The notes beneath the pieces were generated by a model. It was not told the DNA's origin, ran no database searches, and worked only from the letters and a program-made list of their open reading frames with translations. Of a stretch of 64,000 nucleotides of DNA, positions 1 through 11,000 are shown piece after piece. Every line of letters begins with the position of its first letter. The first letter of the stretch is position 1. A program made the translations under genes and the position numbers. Source of the stretch: an uncultured Planctomycetota bacterium (GTDB lineage Bacteria > Planctomycetota > Planctomycetia > Gemmatales > Gemmataceae); assembly GCA_963849325.1 (NCBI GenBank), contig CAWKHF010000009.1, positions 160,001 to 224,000 of the forward strand, read 5' to 3'.

Positions 1-250
1 GCGCGTCACTGCCCATCGCGCGATCGAGGTTGGCACCCGCCGGGTCTCCATCGTCGATATTGGTGCCGGCTAGGCCGCCAACCTCGGTGCCGCCGCCGGG
101 AGTGCCCACGGCTTCTTCTCCTGAGGGCGTCCGATCCGGTGTCTCGCCGGGTCGCAGGTCGTGGTCGGAGGCGGCCTTGGTTGCGCCCGGAGGTACGGGG
201 TCGGTCTTTTCCTTGTCCTTGCGACGCGGACTTTTTCGTGTACTCGCCAT
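1..250 (-). CDS. Hypothetical protein, N-terminal part (runs off the window edge)
   Basis: ATG at 250 preceded by GGAGGA RBS; open frame MASTRKSPRRKDKEKTDPVPPG...GTPGGGTEVGGLAGTNIDDGDP to the edge; absent from the ORF track because there is no stop in the window. Confidence 0.65.
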   Translation of the reverse strand, partial: MASTRKSPRRKDKEKTDPVPPGATKAASDHDLRPGETPDRTPSGEEAVGTPGGGTEVGGLAGTNIDDGDPAGANLDRAMGSDA

Positions 251-430
251 GTTGTCCTCCTGGAAGAATCGCATTCTCGTTGGCACGTCGGGGTAGCGCT
301 CTCTCGCGTGCAGAGATTTCGGAGGCAAATGTTGTACCACCCCTCGGAGACCAAAAGGAGGCGCGTGATTTGCAAATAAAAGCAAGCGGTGCCGCTGGAC
401 GGCGCGGGAGACAAGCAAGCTGGAGGTCTC

Positions 431-1149
431 ATGCCATCATCGAATGCAAAGGAAAACGCCGCACGAGAATCCGAGGAGGGCGGCGGACTGGCTTTCCTAC
501 TCGATCTCGATGGAACATTGGTGGACAGCGTTTACCTGCACGTCTTGGCATGGCAGGAGGCTTTCCGAAAGGGAGACCTGGAGCTACCTGCCTGGCGCAT
601 CCATCGGCGGATCGGCATGAGCGGCGCTCTGCTGGTCCGGGCGATCCTGCGTGAAAGCGGACGGGACGTGAATGAGGAGGAGGTCAAGCGCTTCGAGGAA
701 CGGCACGGAGAAGCGTATGGCCGCCGGATGGCGGAGGTAAAGCTGTTGCCGGGCGCGCGCGAGTTGCTCGCCGAATTATCGCGGCTGAAGCTGCGCTGGG
801 CCATCGTCACCAGCAGTCGGCCGGAAAAGGCGAAGCACGCCCTGGAGATGCTGGGCGTCGGTCCCGACGATCCCGTCGTGACGCGCGGCGATGTGCAGTG
901 CGCCAAACCCGAACCGGACGCCTTCCTCGCCGGCGCCCACCGTCTCGGCGTGAACATCCGCGATTGCGCCTGCATCGGCGATAGCGTGTGGGATCTGCTG
1001 TCCGCCCAGCGGGCGCGGCGCTGGGCGTAGGCATGTTGACCGGCGGTTATGGCCGCGAGGAACTGGAACGTGCCGGCGCCTACCGCGTCTATGAAGGTCC
1101 CGGTGACCTGCTGCAACACCTGGACGAACTGGGCGTGCGGCGCGAGTAA
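431..1149 (+). CDS. HAD-superfamily hydrolase (frameshift ~1020)
   Basis: Motif I DLDGTLVDS, IVTSS, AKPEPD and IGDSVWD; C-terminus GVGMLTGGYGREELERAGAYRVYEGPGDLL continues in another frame to TAA 1147-1149; GGAGG RBS. Confidence 0.9.
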
Positions 1150-1221
1150 CGCAGAAGGGCGGCATCCTCTTTGCTCATCCTTGTGGGTAATGACCAACAA
1201 TCCTTCTTCCGCGAGGCAGTC

Positions 1222-1563
1222 ATGGGCGACACGAGTGTGACGAAGATTCAATCGAAGCATTCCCCACGAGGACAGATGGGGCAGAAGCATCTCGCCATCG
1301 GCATTCACCTCGGCATGCGTCTGTGGGAGAGAGAGCAGCCCGGCGACGGCAAGGCGCCAACCTCCCGCGATTACGAGACGGTCGGCTATGTCATTGAGGG
1401 ACGTGCCGAACTGCACATCGAGGGGCAAATGGTCCTGCTGGAGCCGGGCGACAGCTGGGTGGTGCCCCGGGGGGCCAAACATACGTACAAGGTCCTCGAA
1501 CCCTTCACGGCCGTGGAGGCGACCTGTCCGCCCGCCGTCATCCACGGACGCGATCAGACGTGA
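1222..1563 (+). CDS. Cupin-domain protein
   Basis: ETVGYVIEGRAELHIEG...LEPGDSWVVPRGAKHTY cupin motifs; GAGG RBS. Confidence 0.88.
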   Translation: MGDTSVTKIQSKHSPRGQMGQKHLAIGIHLGMRLWEREQPGDGKAPTSRDYETVGYVIEGRAELHIEGQMVLLEPGDSWVVPRGAKHTYKVLEPFTAVEATCPPAVIHGRDQT

Positions 1564-1585
1564 AGGCGCGACCGGGAAAGGCCGC

Positions 1586-2507
1586 TCATACGGCCACAAT
1601 CTTCTTGTGGCAGCGCCAGGCCATCCAGTACGGCGTGAGACGATCCACGAAGACGCGCGGCTTGTCCTGGTAGAGTTGTTCGCCTAACAAGTGAGCTTTC
1701 CGTTGTAGCTCCTGCCGTCGCCGCTCGGCATGGTCCAGGAGCGGCCCTACGACGGCATCGCCGCCGAACCGTTCTCGGTCCTCCTCGACCCTTTGACGCA
1801 GCATCGCCAGGTCGTGATCGTCGCCCAGGTAATCGCTGAGGTCGTGAAGCTGGTCGGCCAGGGGTTGTAGCATCGTGGGACAAATCGGTTGCAGGATCTG
1901 GAATTGATGCCAGAGATATTTCGTTTGCTTCCGCCACTCGTGCAGTTTTTCCACGGAGGCCTGCGCCGTCGCCTCGGCGAACGCCTCGCGGCCGCGCTTG
2001 TACATTCCTTGTAACCCGGCGCAGCGGTGCCCAATCGTCCTCCATTGTCCAGTCGTTCAAACGGTCGCGCGCTACCGCGATGCGGACCCCTACTTCGGCA
2101 AAGGCGTCGCGCTCGTCGAACATTTGCCGATGTACTTCGGCATCATGGTCGAGCAAACCCTGCCGGGCTTTGTGGAACTTGTGCGGAGACGCCTCCTCCG
2201 CGAAGGAGCCGAGGAGTTCGTCGAAGACCTGGACCTGTACCGAGGCGTCGCGCACGATGGTCAAGGGCTTGCCGGCGGCACGGAAACAGGCGTTTTCCCG
2301 CTGGTAGACGCGAGAACCAAGGTCGGGGCGGACAAGGCGCAAAACGGCCCGAATTTTCTTGAATCGCTTCCGCGCATCGTGGACCGTCTCATCCTGGTCG
2401 CCCTCGACCAGGCCGGACAATCGTTCCAGCGCCTGGTCGATCTCGTTCCGCACAATCCGCTTGATGCCGCGCGGTACGGACTCGCCCTTTTGGAGTTGAA
2501 AAGACAA
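1586..2507 (-). CDS. CHAD-domain (polyphosphate-binding) protein (frameshift ~2015)
   Basis: VHDARKRFKKIRAVLRL, then LHEWRKQTKYLWHQ and LSDYLGDDHDLAML in a second frame; TTG start after GGAGG. Confidence 0.85.
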
Positions 2508-2762
2508 GCATCCCTCCGGGACAGTTGCAAGCGGGGCAGGGTGAGGGTCGCTCCTCGCTCTAATAATCATTTAACGATGCAAAAAGTGCTCTTCTCGGTC
2601 CCGTCAGCATTATTATGTAGAATGCAAAAGAAGTGCCGCCCCCGTATCGCCACGGGGAAAGATTTCTGGACCGTCCCCCGAAGGACGGCGGCATTTCTTT
2701 TGCACCCACTCCTTTGAAGAAAGAACCCCGGCTACAACCTGAAAGAGTGAGAGGAGACGATC

Positions 2763-3185
2763 ATGCAAGTTCGAGACGTTATGTCACGCGACGTTCAGGT
2801 GACGCAACCGCATGCGACCCTGCGCGAGGCCGCCGACATGATGAAGCGCCTGGACGTCGGCCCCCTGCCGGTCTGCGACGGGGACCGACTCGTGGGCATC
2901 ATCACCGACCGGGACATCACGGTGCGAGCCGTGGCCGAGGGGCAGGACTGCTTCGAGGGCCGAGTCCGCAACGTCATGAGCACCGACCTGGCCTACTGCT
3001 ACGAGGACGACGACATCACCGTGGCAACCCGTCTGATGAGGGAAAAGCAGGTGCGCCGTTTACCGGTACTCAACCGCGACAAGCGACTGGCCGGCATCCT
3101 CACGCTCGGCGACGTGGCCCTGAATACCGGCGACACGCACACGTCGGGTAAAACCCTGCAAGCGGTTTCCGAGCCGACGCCGTAA
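2763..3185 (+). CDS. CBS-domain protein
   Basis: Two CBS repeats (VRDVMS...GPLPVCDGDRLVGIITDRD; VRRLPVLNRDKRLAGILTLGD); AGGAG RBS. Confidence 0.93.
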   Translation: MQVRDVMSRDVQVTQPHATLREAADMMKRLDVGPLPVCDGDRLVGIITDRDITVRAVAEGQDCFEGRVRNVMSTDLAYCYEDDDITVATRLMREKQVRRLPVLNRDKRLAGILTLGDVALNTGDTHTSGKTLQAVSEPTP

Positions 3186-3195
3186 CGAAAAATCT

Positions 3196-3264
3196 TCGTT
3201 TAGCCGCGACGCGCAGCGGAGCGCGGGACGCTCCCGCGCTCCGCTGCGCGTCGCGGCTAAACGA
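3196..3264. repeat. Palindromic interspersed repeat, family A (REP-like)
   Basis: Perfect 33-bp arms TCGTTTAGCCGCGACGCGCAGCGGAGCGCGGGA with a 3-nt loop; other copies at 43231 and 63914. Confidence 0.92.
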
Positions 3265-3284
3265 GCCGTCTCGGGAGAATCGTA

Positions 3285-3563
3285 ATGAACCATCCACCGA
3301 CCGTTCCCCGCCGGCGCGAGACCTTTTTGGCACTGGTCCTCGCCGTCGCGCTGGCCAGTATGGTAACTCTCTTCTTCCTGTTGGTCAGCGGGCAATACTT
3401 TTTCGCGGTGCTGGCCGTGCTGGGTGGTCTCCTTCTTCTTGGCTGCCTTCAGTACCTCCTCTGGGGCCGGCCAATGGGTCGTAAGGAGACGCATCCAATG
3501 CCGCGTAATCCTCGGGCCGAGGCGCCCGCACCCACTTTGCCCAGATCGCCGGACCTTCCTTGA
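3285..3563 (+). CDS. Small membrane protein (2 TM)
   Basis: Two hydrophobic stretches; GGAG RBS; fits between the CBS and EreB-like genes. Confidence 0.65.
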   Translation: MNHPPTVPRRRETFLALVLAVALASMVTLFFLLVSGQYFFAVLAVLGGLLLLGCLQYLLWGRPMGRKETHPMPRNPRAEAPAPTLPRSPDLP

Positions 3564-3585
3564 ACTTCCACGGAGAGGCATCCGT

Positions 3586-4923
3586 ATGAACCGGACGAGA
3601 CGATTTTCGTCCCCTTCTGTTGAGAAGGCACTGATCGTTCACGTGCGGGAACGGACCCTGCCGCTGCGGACGGCGGACGACCTCGACCCTCTGCTGGAGC
3701 GCATCGGCGACGCCCACTATGTTTTGCTCGGCGAGGCTTCGCACGGCACGGCGGAATACTACACCTGGCGGACGCGCCTTTCGCAGCGACTGATCCGTGA
3801 GAAGGGGTTCTCTTTCCTCGCCGTCGAGGGCGACTGGCCCGATTGCTACCAGGTCAACCGCTACGTCAAGCGCCTACCCGATTCGGGCGCGAATGCCCGC
3901 GACGTACTGCACGCCTTCGAGCGCTGGCCGACCTGGATGTGGGCCAACGAGGAAATCGTCGCCTTGGTCGAGTGGCTCCGGCGACACAACGACCTGCTGC
4001 CCCCGGACAGGAAGGTCGGCTTCTACGGACTGGACGTGTACAGCCTGTGGGAGTCGCTGTATGCCATCCTCTCTTATCTCCAGCGGGTAGACCCGTCCAC
4101 GCTGCCGGCCGCCTGGAAGGCGTTTCGTTGCTTCGAGCCGTATGGCGAGGACGTGCAGCGTTATGCGCGGGCCACCGTACTGGTGCCTACGTCCTGCGCC
4201 GAGGAAGTCGTCGGCCTGTTGGGCCAGTTGCGCCGCAAGGCGCGGGAGTACCGCCAGGACGGCCGGGAGAGCTACTTCCAGGCGGAGCAGAACGCTCTGG
4301 TCGTCCAGAACGCCGAGTCGTACTACCGGGCGATGGTGCGTGGCGGGCCGGAGTCGTGGAACATCCGCGATCGCCACATGACCGAGACCCTGGAGCGGCT
4401 CATGCGCCATCATGGGCCGGATGCCAAGGCGATCGTCTGGGAGCACAACACGCACATCGGCGATGCCCGCTTCACCGACATGGCCGAGGACGACATGGTG
4501 AACGTCGGCCAGCTCATCCGCGAAGGGCACGGGGAGGAGGGCGTGGTACTCGTCGGTTTCGGCAGCCATCACGGCAGCGTCATCGCCGGCGACGAATGGG
4601 ACGCGCCGATGGAGCGAATGACGGTCCCGCCGGCGCGAGCGGGCAGCTGGGAGTCCGTCCTGCACGCGGCCGGGGCGGACGACAAATTACTCCTCTTCTC
4701 CTCCGCGGACTCGTCGGGTCCGATGTCCGAGCGGCGCGGCCATCGCGCCATCGGGGTCGTATATCATCCCAAGTATGAACATCTCGGCAATTATGTGCCG
4801 ACGGTACTGCCGCGCCGTTACGATGCCCTCCTTTACCTCGACGAAACGGAGGCCCTGCATCCGCTGCATTTGGTCCCCCGTGTCGAAGGAGAGCTGCCGG
4901 AAACGTATCCGTCCGGCGTGTGA
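3586..4923 (+). CDS. Erythromycin esterase (EreB)-family protein
   Basis: VLLGEASHGT, AVEGDWPD, FERWPTWMWAN, FYGLDVYS, SWNIRDRHM and WEHNTHIGDAR motifs. Confidence 0.92.
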   Translation: MNRTRRFSSPSVEKALIVHVRERTLPLRTADDLDPLLERIGDAHYVLLGEASHGTAEYYTWRTRLSQRLIREKGFSFLAVEGDWPDCYQVNRYVKRLPDSGANARDVLHAFERWPTWMWANEEIVALVEWLRRHNDLLPPDRKVGFYGLDVYSLWESLYAILSYLQRVDPSTLPAAWKAFRCFEPYGEDVQRYARATVLVPTSCAEEVVGLLGQLRRKAREYRQDGRESYFQAEQNALVVQNAESYYRAMVRGGPESWNIRDRHMTETLERLMRHHGPDAKAIVWEHNTHIGDARFTDMAEDDMVNVGQLIREGHGEEGVVLVGFGSHHGSVIAGDEWDAPMERMTVPPARAGSWESVLHAAGADDKLLLFSSADSSGPMSERRGHRAIGVVYHPKYEHLGNYVPTVLPRRYDALLYLDETEALHPLHLVPRVEGELPETYPSGV

Positions 4924-4941
4924 GCCGAGCAAGGGCGAGAC

Positions 4942-4986
4942 GATACCGGCACCCGGCGCATGGCGCCGGGTGCCGGCATCTTGTTT
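4942..4986 (+). terminator. Hairpin, probable intrinsic terminator
   Basis: GATACCGGCACCCGGCGC-ATG-GCGCCGGGTGCCGGCATC followed by TTGTTT, 19 nt after the stop codon. Confidence 0.55.
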
Positions 4987-5060
4987 GCTATGTGGACGCG
5001 AGCTGCCGAGTTGGAGCTGCGCACGGAGGTCAACCGCGGCGCATGGAGAGTGATGCATTT

Positions 5061-8000
5061 ATGAGCACCTTTACACTTGAGCAGGCGGCCCCGTCTTCTT
5101 CGCCCTCTTCCCCCCAGCCCATCCCTTCCGCCTGGCATCCCGACAGTCGCGATTCCATCCGCGGCGAATCGTGCGGCTTTGAAGCCCTCGACCTGCAAGC
5201 TCGCCTCCTAGCGGGAGCGTGCCGGACGGCCCCGCGCACGCCGACGGAAGGCCCGCTCTTGCAACAGCTGGCCCGCAACGGCCGGCTCCTCGTCGAAGCG
5301 TATCGGCGCATCGCCGAAGCGGCGGGGCGGAATGCGACCCTGACGCCCGACGCCGAATGGCTGCTGGATAATTTTTACATCGTCGAGGAAGTGCTGCGCG
5401 AAGTGCGCCACGACCTGCCGCGCGGCTATTACAAGAAGCTGCCCAAGCTGACGGGCAGTTCGCTGGCCGGCTACCCGCGCGTCTACGCCCTGGCCCTGGC
5501 CCTCATCGCCCACACCGACAGCAACCTCGACGAGGCCCACATCACCTACTTCGTGCAGGCTTTCCAGACGGTCGCTCCCCTGACCATCGGCGAGCTGTGG
5601 GCGGTGCCGACGATGCTGCGGCTGGGGCTGATCGAGAACCTGTGCCGGCTGTCCGAACACATGCGGCGCGTCTGGGACGAACGGCGACGCGCCGAGTCCT
5701 GGGTCGAGCCGCTGTTGCGACCCGGGCAGGTGGAGGGGGAATGCGGTCCCTCCACCCTCCACCCTCCACCCTCCACCCTCCTTCGGCGACGCCTTCGTGG
5801 TCCGCGCTCTGCAGGTGCTGCGCCAGGAAGGCCGGCCGGCCGCCCTCGAACAGGTCGAGGCCCACCTGTCGCGCGCGGGCTGAACGTCAACGACATTGTC
5901 CGCCGCGAGAACCAGCGGCAGGCCATCAACCAGGTCTCGGTCGGCAACTGCATGACCAGCCTGCGTCTGCTGTCCGCGCTGGACTGGAACGTCTTCTTCG
6001 AGCGCACCAACCTCGTCGAGCCGATACTGCGTCAGGATCCGGCCGGCGCCTACGCCCGCCAGGACTTCGCCACGCGCGACCGTTACCGGCAGGTCATCGA
6101 GAGGCTGGCTCGCGGCTCGGACTTGGAGGAAGTCGAGATCGCTCGGCGGCTCGTGCAACGTGCCCAAACGGGTGGAGGGTGGAGGGTGGAGGGTGGAGGG
6201 ACCCATTCACCCTCCACCCTCCACCCTCCACCCTCCACCCTCCAGCCGCGCCATCACGTCGGCTATTACCTCATCGGGCCGGGCAAAGTGGAGTTTCAGG
6301 CTGAGTTGCGTTATCGGCCGGGCGTCGGCGAACGCCTGCTCAACGCCGTCCTCCATCATCCGGGCACCGTTTACTTCGGTTCGATCGCCAGCCTCCTGGT
6401 CCTCTTCCTGGCCCTGCTGCTCGGCGTGGGAATGATGACGGCCGAGACCGTCCATGCGTGGGTGTGGTTGCTCGTTGGTCTGGCGGCACTCTTGCCGATG
6501 AGTGAACTGGCGGTGGGGCTGACGAATTATCTGCTGACCCTAGTGCTGCCGCCGCGGACGCTGCCCAAGCTGGAGTTCAAGGAAGGCATTCCCGAGGAGT
6601 GCGCCACCTTCATCGTCATGCCCAGTATGCTCGTCCGCCCCGAGAGCGCGGCATCGTTGATGGAGAAATTGGAGATCCACTATCTCGCCAATCCCGACCC
6701 GCAGCTGCGTTTCGCCCTGCTGACGGACTTCGCCGACGCGCCGACCGAACATCGGCCGGAAGACGAGGGCCATGTCCGCGACGCCCTCGAGCGTATCGCC
6801 GACCTCAACCGCCGTTACGCCCCCGACGGCCCGCCGCGCTTTTTCCTGTTCCACCGCCGACGCCAGTGGAACCCGTCGGAGGGATGCTGGATGGGCTGGG
6901 AACGCAAGCGCGGGAAGCTGGATGAGTTCAACCGGCTGCTCCGCGGCGTCCGCGACACCAGTTACACGGTACAGAGCAGTGAGCTGGATTCGCTGCCGTA
7001 CATCCGTTACGTCCTCACGCTGGATCTCGATACGCAGCTGCCGCACGAAAGCGCCCGGCGACTGGTGGGCACGCTCGCCCATCCGCTCAACCAGGCTCGC
7101 TTCGATCCCGCCCGAGGGCGCGTCGTCGAAGGTTATGCGATCTTGCAGCCGCGCATCAGCTTCCACATGCCGGCAGCGAACCGCTCGCGCTTCACGCGCC
7201 TGTGGGCTGGCTCGGCGGGCGTCGATCCGTACTCGGCGGCGGTGTCGGACATTTATCAGGATCTGTTCGGCGCCGGCAGCTTCACGGGCAAAGGCATCTA
7301 CGACGTGGATGCCTTCGAGGCGGCCACCGGCGATACCTTCCCCGACAACCACATCCTCAGTCACGATCTCATCGAGGGCAACTACGCGCGCTGCGGCCTG
7401 GTCACGGACATCGAGTTGTTTGACGATTTCCCCGTGCGTTACCACGTCTATGCTCGGCGCGAACATCGCTGGGTCCGCGGCGACTGGCAGCTGTTGCCCT
7501 GGCTGGGGCGTAAGGTGCCGGCGCAGGCGAGCGGGGGGCGTCAGCCCCCTGTTGCTCCCAACAGGGGGCTGACGCCCCCGCTCGCCGGCCCAACCCGCTG
7601 CCGCTGTTGGAGCGCTGGAAAGTCTTCGACAACCTGCGGCGCAGCCTGGTGCCGCCGGCGCTGGTGGTCTGGCTGGTGCTGGGCTGGACCGTGCTGCCCT
7701 TGTCGCCGGGGTTGTCCTCCAGTCTGGCCTTGCTGGTGCTGGCCCTGCCGCTGTTGCAACAGGTCTCCGGGGCGCTGATCCACTCCGCGAAGGACCGATC
7801 GCTGGCCGGCTTGCGCGATCTGGTCCGCAATGGCTGGATCACCGCCGCCCAGGTGCTGATGAATGCCGTCGTCCTGTTGCACCAGGCTTACCTGAGTGTG
7901 GACGCCATCGTGCGCACGCTGACGCGGCTGTGGGCGACGCGGCGACGGTTGCTGGAATGGGAGACGGCGGCGTCGGCGGATCGCCGTCTGGGGGCGAGCC

Positions 8001-11000
8001 TGATCGTGTTCGGGAGAAACATGTGGCCGGCGCCGGCGCTGGCGCCTGGGGCTTGGCTCGCTGGTGCTGGCGGTTCGGCCGGACGCCCGGATCGCGGCCG
8101 GAGGATTTCTCCTCGCCTGGCTGCTGTCGCCGCTGGTCGCCTGGTGGGCCAGCCAGGAGCGGCAGGTGCGCGAAAAGCCGCTCACGACTGCCGAGCGGCG
8201 TCGAGCTGGGGCTGATCGCCCGCAAGACGTGGGGCTTCTTTGAGTCGTTCGTCGGTCGCCGAGGACCACTGGCTGCCGCCGGACAACTTTCAGGAGGAAC
8301 CGCGCCATCAGGTGGCCCACCGCACCTCGCCGACCAACCAGGGCTTACTGCTGGTGGCCACGTTGGCCGCCGAGGATTTCGGCTATCTCAGCCTCGGTTC
8401 CCTGGTGGAGCGACTGGAGAAGACGTTCGACACGCTGGACCGGCTCGAACGCCATCGCGGCCACTTCTACAACTGGTACGACACGCGCACCCTGCAGCCG
8501 TTGCAGCCGACCTATATCTCGACGGTGGACAGCGGCAACCTGGTGGGCTGCCTGCTGACGCTCAAGCAAGGTTTGCGGGAGAAGACGCGCGAGCCGTTGC
8601 TCGGCGCCGCGGTGCTGAGCGGCCTGGGCGACACGCTGCAGGTGGTGCGCGAGGCGTGGTACAACCTGGGAGCGTTGGCCGGGACAGAGGTGGGTCGTAT
8701 CCGCGCGGAAATGGGGTCCGGCCTGAAAGCCCTGGAGGCGGGCCTTCACGACGCGCCGGCGGACCTGCCCGACTGGGCGAAATGGCTGCGCGACCGCAAG
8801 GCCCGGGCCGCGGCCCTGTCGGCCGGCGTACACGTGCTGGTCGAGTCGGGCCATCCCTTCGCCGTCGAACTGGACCTGTGGATGCGACGGTTGACGGCCC
8901 TGTTCGATCAGCGCGAGCGCGAGTTGGCCGAACTGGCCCCCTGGGTGGGTCTGCTGGCCGACCCGCAAGCGGAACGGATCGAAGCGACGCTGACGCAGGC
9001 CGGCGTGGAGTCGGCGCAGCGCTGGCCGGCGGCTGCGACAGAAACTCGCGGGCATCTTCACCCTGTCAGAGTTCGAGGCCAACCAAAAGGATCTGCTGGC
9101 GGACCTGGATGCGCTGGCGGAGAAGGCGGGGAAAGACGAGGCCGCGGCCGACTGGTTGCGACAGGTACGCGAGGCGGTGTCGCACTCCTCGGCGGAGCCT
9201 CTGCTGGAGCGCTGCCGCCGGCTGATGGCGCGAGCGGAGGAGATGGCGGCCGCCATGGACTTTCGCTTCCTCTACAAGACCGGATCGGCACCTGTTTGCT
9301 ATCGGCTACAACGTGGCGCAGGGCGCGGCTGGATTCGGCGTGCTACGACCTGCTGGCCTCGGAGGCTCGCCTGGCCAGCTTTCTGGCCATCGCGCGCGGC
9401 GACGTGCCGCGCCGTCACTGGTTCCACCTGGGCCGGGCCGTGGTCCGGGCCGGCGGCCGACTGTGCCTGGTGTCGTGGGGCGGCACCATGTTCGAGTACC
9501 TGATGCCGCAATTGTTTCTCCGCCGATACCCTGGCACTCTGCTCGATGAGAGCTGCGAGGCGTCGGTGGACGAGCAGATCGCTTACGGCCATCAGCGCCG
9601 CGTGCCGTGGGGCATCTCCGAGTCGGCCTTCAGCAGCCAGTACGTCAGCTTCGATTACCAGTATCAGACCTTCGGCGTGCCGACCCTGGGACTCAAGCGC
9701 GGGCTGGTCTGGATCTGGTGGTCGCGCCTTACGCGACGGCGCTGGCCGCGATCGTGCGCCCGCACGAGGCGCTGCGGAACTTCCGTGTCCTGGCGGCCGA
9801 GGGGGCGACCGGGAAGTACGGCTTTTACGAAGCCATCGATTACACGCGCGAGCCGGCTGCCGGAGAATCATCGCTCCCTGGTGGTGCGCTGCTTCATGGC
9901 CCATCACCAGGGCATGAGCCTGGTGGCGCTGGCCAACTGTCTGCTGGGCGGGGCATGGTGCGCCGCTTCCACGCCGAGCCGATGGTGCGCGCGACGGAGC
10001 TACTGTTGCAGGAACGCGTGCCCAGCGTCGCCGCGCCCGGTGGACACGCCGGACGAGGAGGTGGTGCCGCGGCCGGTCGGCCAGGGCGGGCAAGATCTGC
10101 TTAGCCGGCAATTGACCACGCCCAACACGCCGGGGCCGCGCACGCATCTGCTGTCCAACGGGCAATTATCTGGTCATGCTCACCAACGCCGGCTCCGGTT
10201 TCAGCCGCTGCGGCGACCTGGACGTGACGCGCTGGCGCGAGGACTGCACGCGCGACGATTACGGCCAGTTCTGCTACGTCCGCGACCTGCGCAGCGGCTT
10301 GTTGTGGTCGGCGGGACATCAGCCGGTATGCCGGCCGACCAAGCACTATGAGGTGGTCTACTCGGCGGACAAGGCGGAGTTCCGCCGTACCGATGGGGCC
10401 ATCGCCACCCATCTGGAGATCACGGTCGCTCCCGAGCACTGCGCCGAGGTGCGCCGCCTGACGCTGACCAATCACGACCGGCGGGCGCACGACCTGGAAC
10501 TGACCAGCTATGCCGAGGTCGTGCTGGCGCCGCACGGGGCGGACCTGGCTCACCCGGCGTTCGGCAAGTTGTTTTTGGAAACCGAATGGGTGGACTCGCA
10601 CCACGCCTTGTTGTGCCGGCGCCGACCGCGACAGGCGGGGCAGGAACCGATCTGGGCGGTCCACGTCGTCACGCTGGAAGGGCAGACGGACTCGACGGTG
10701 GAATACGAGACGGATCGGGCGCGCTTCCTGGGGCGCGGGCGGACGCCGGCGGCCCCGGCTGCGGTCGAGCCGGGCGTGTCGCTGTCGAAGACGACCGGCC
10801 CGGTGCTCGATCCGATTTTCAGCATTCGGCGGCGTTTCCGCCTGGAGGCGGGCGAGGCGCTGTCGCGTGCTGCTGTGCACGGGCGTGGCCAAGGGCCGCG
10901 AGGAAGCGCTGTCGCTGGCCGACCATTACCGCGATGGTCAGGCCGTCTCGCGCGTCTTCGATCTGGCCTGGGCGCACAGCCAGGTCGAACTGCGACACCT

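Noticed and set aside
3586-4923. Macrolide-resistance gene
   Set aside because: Belongs to the broad EreB-like superfamily common in environmental genomes; no resistance or integron context
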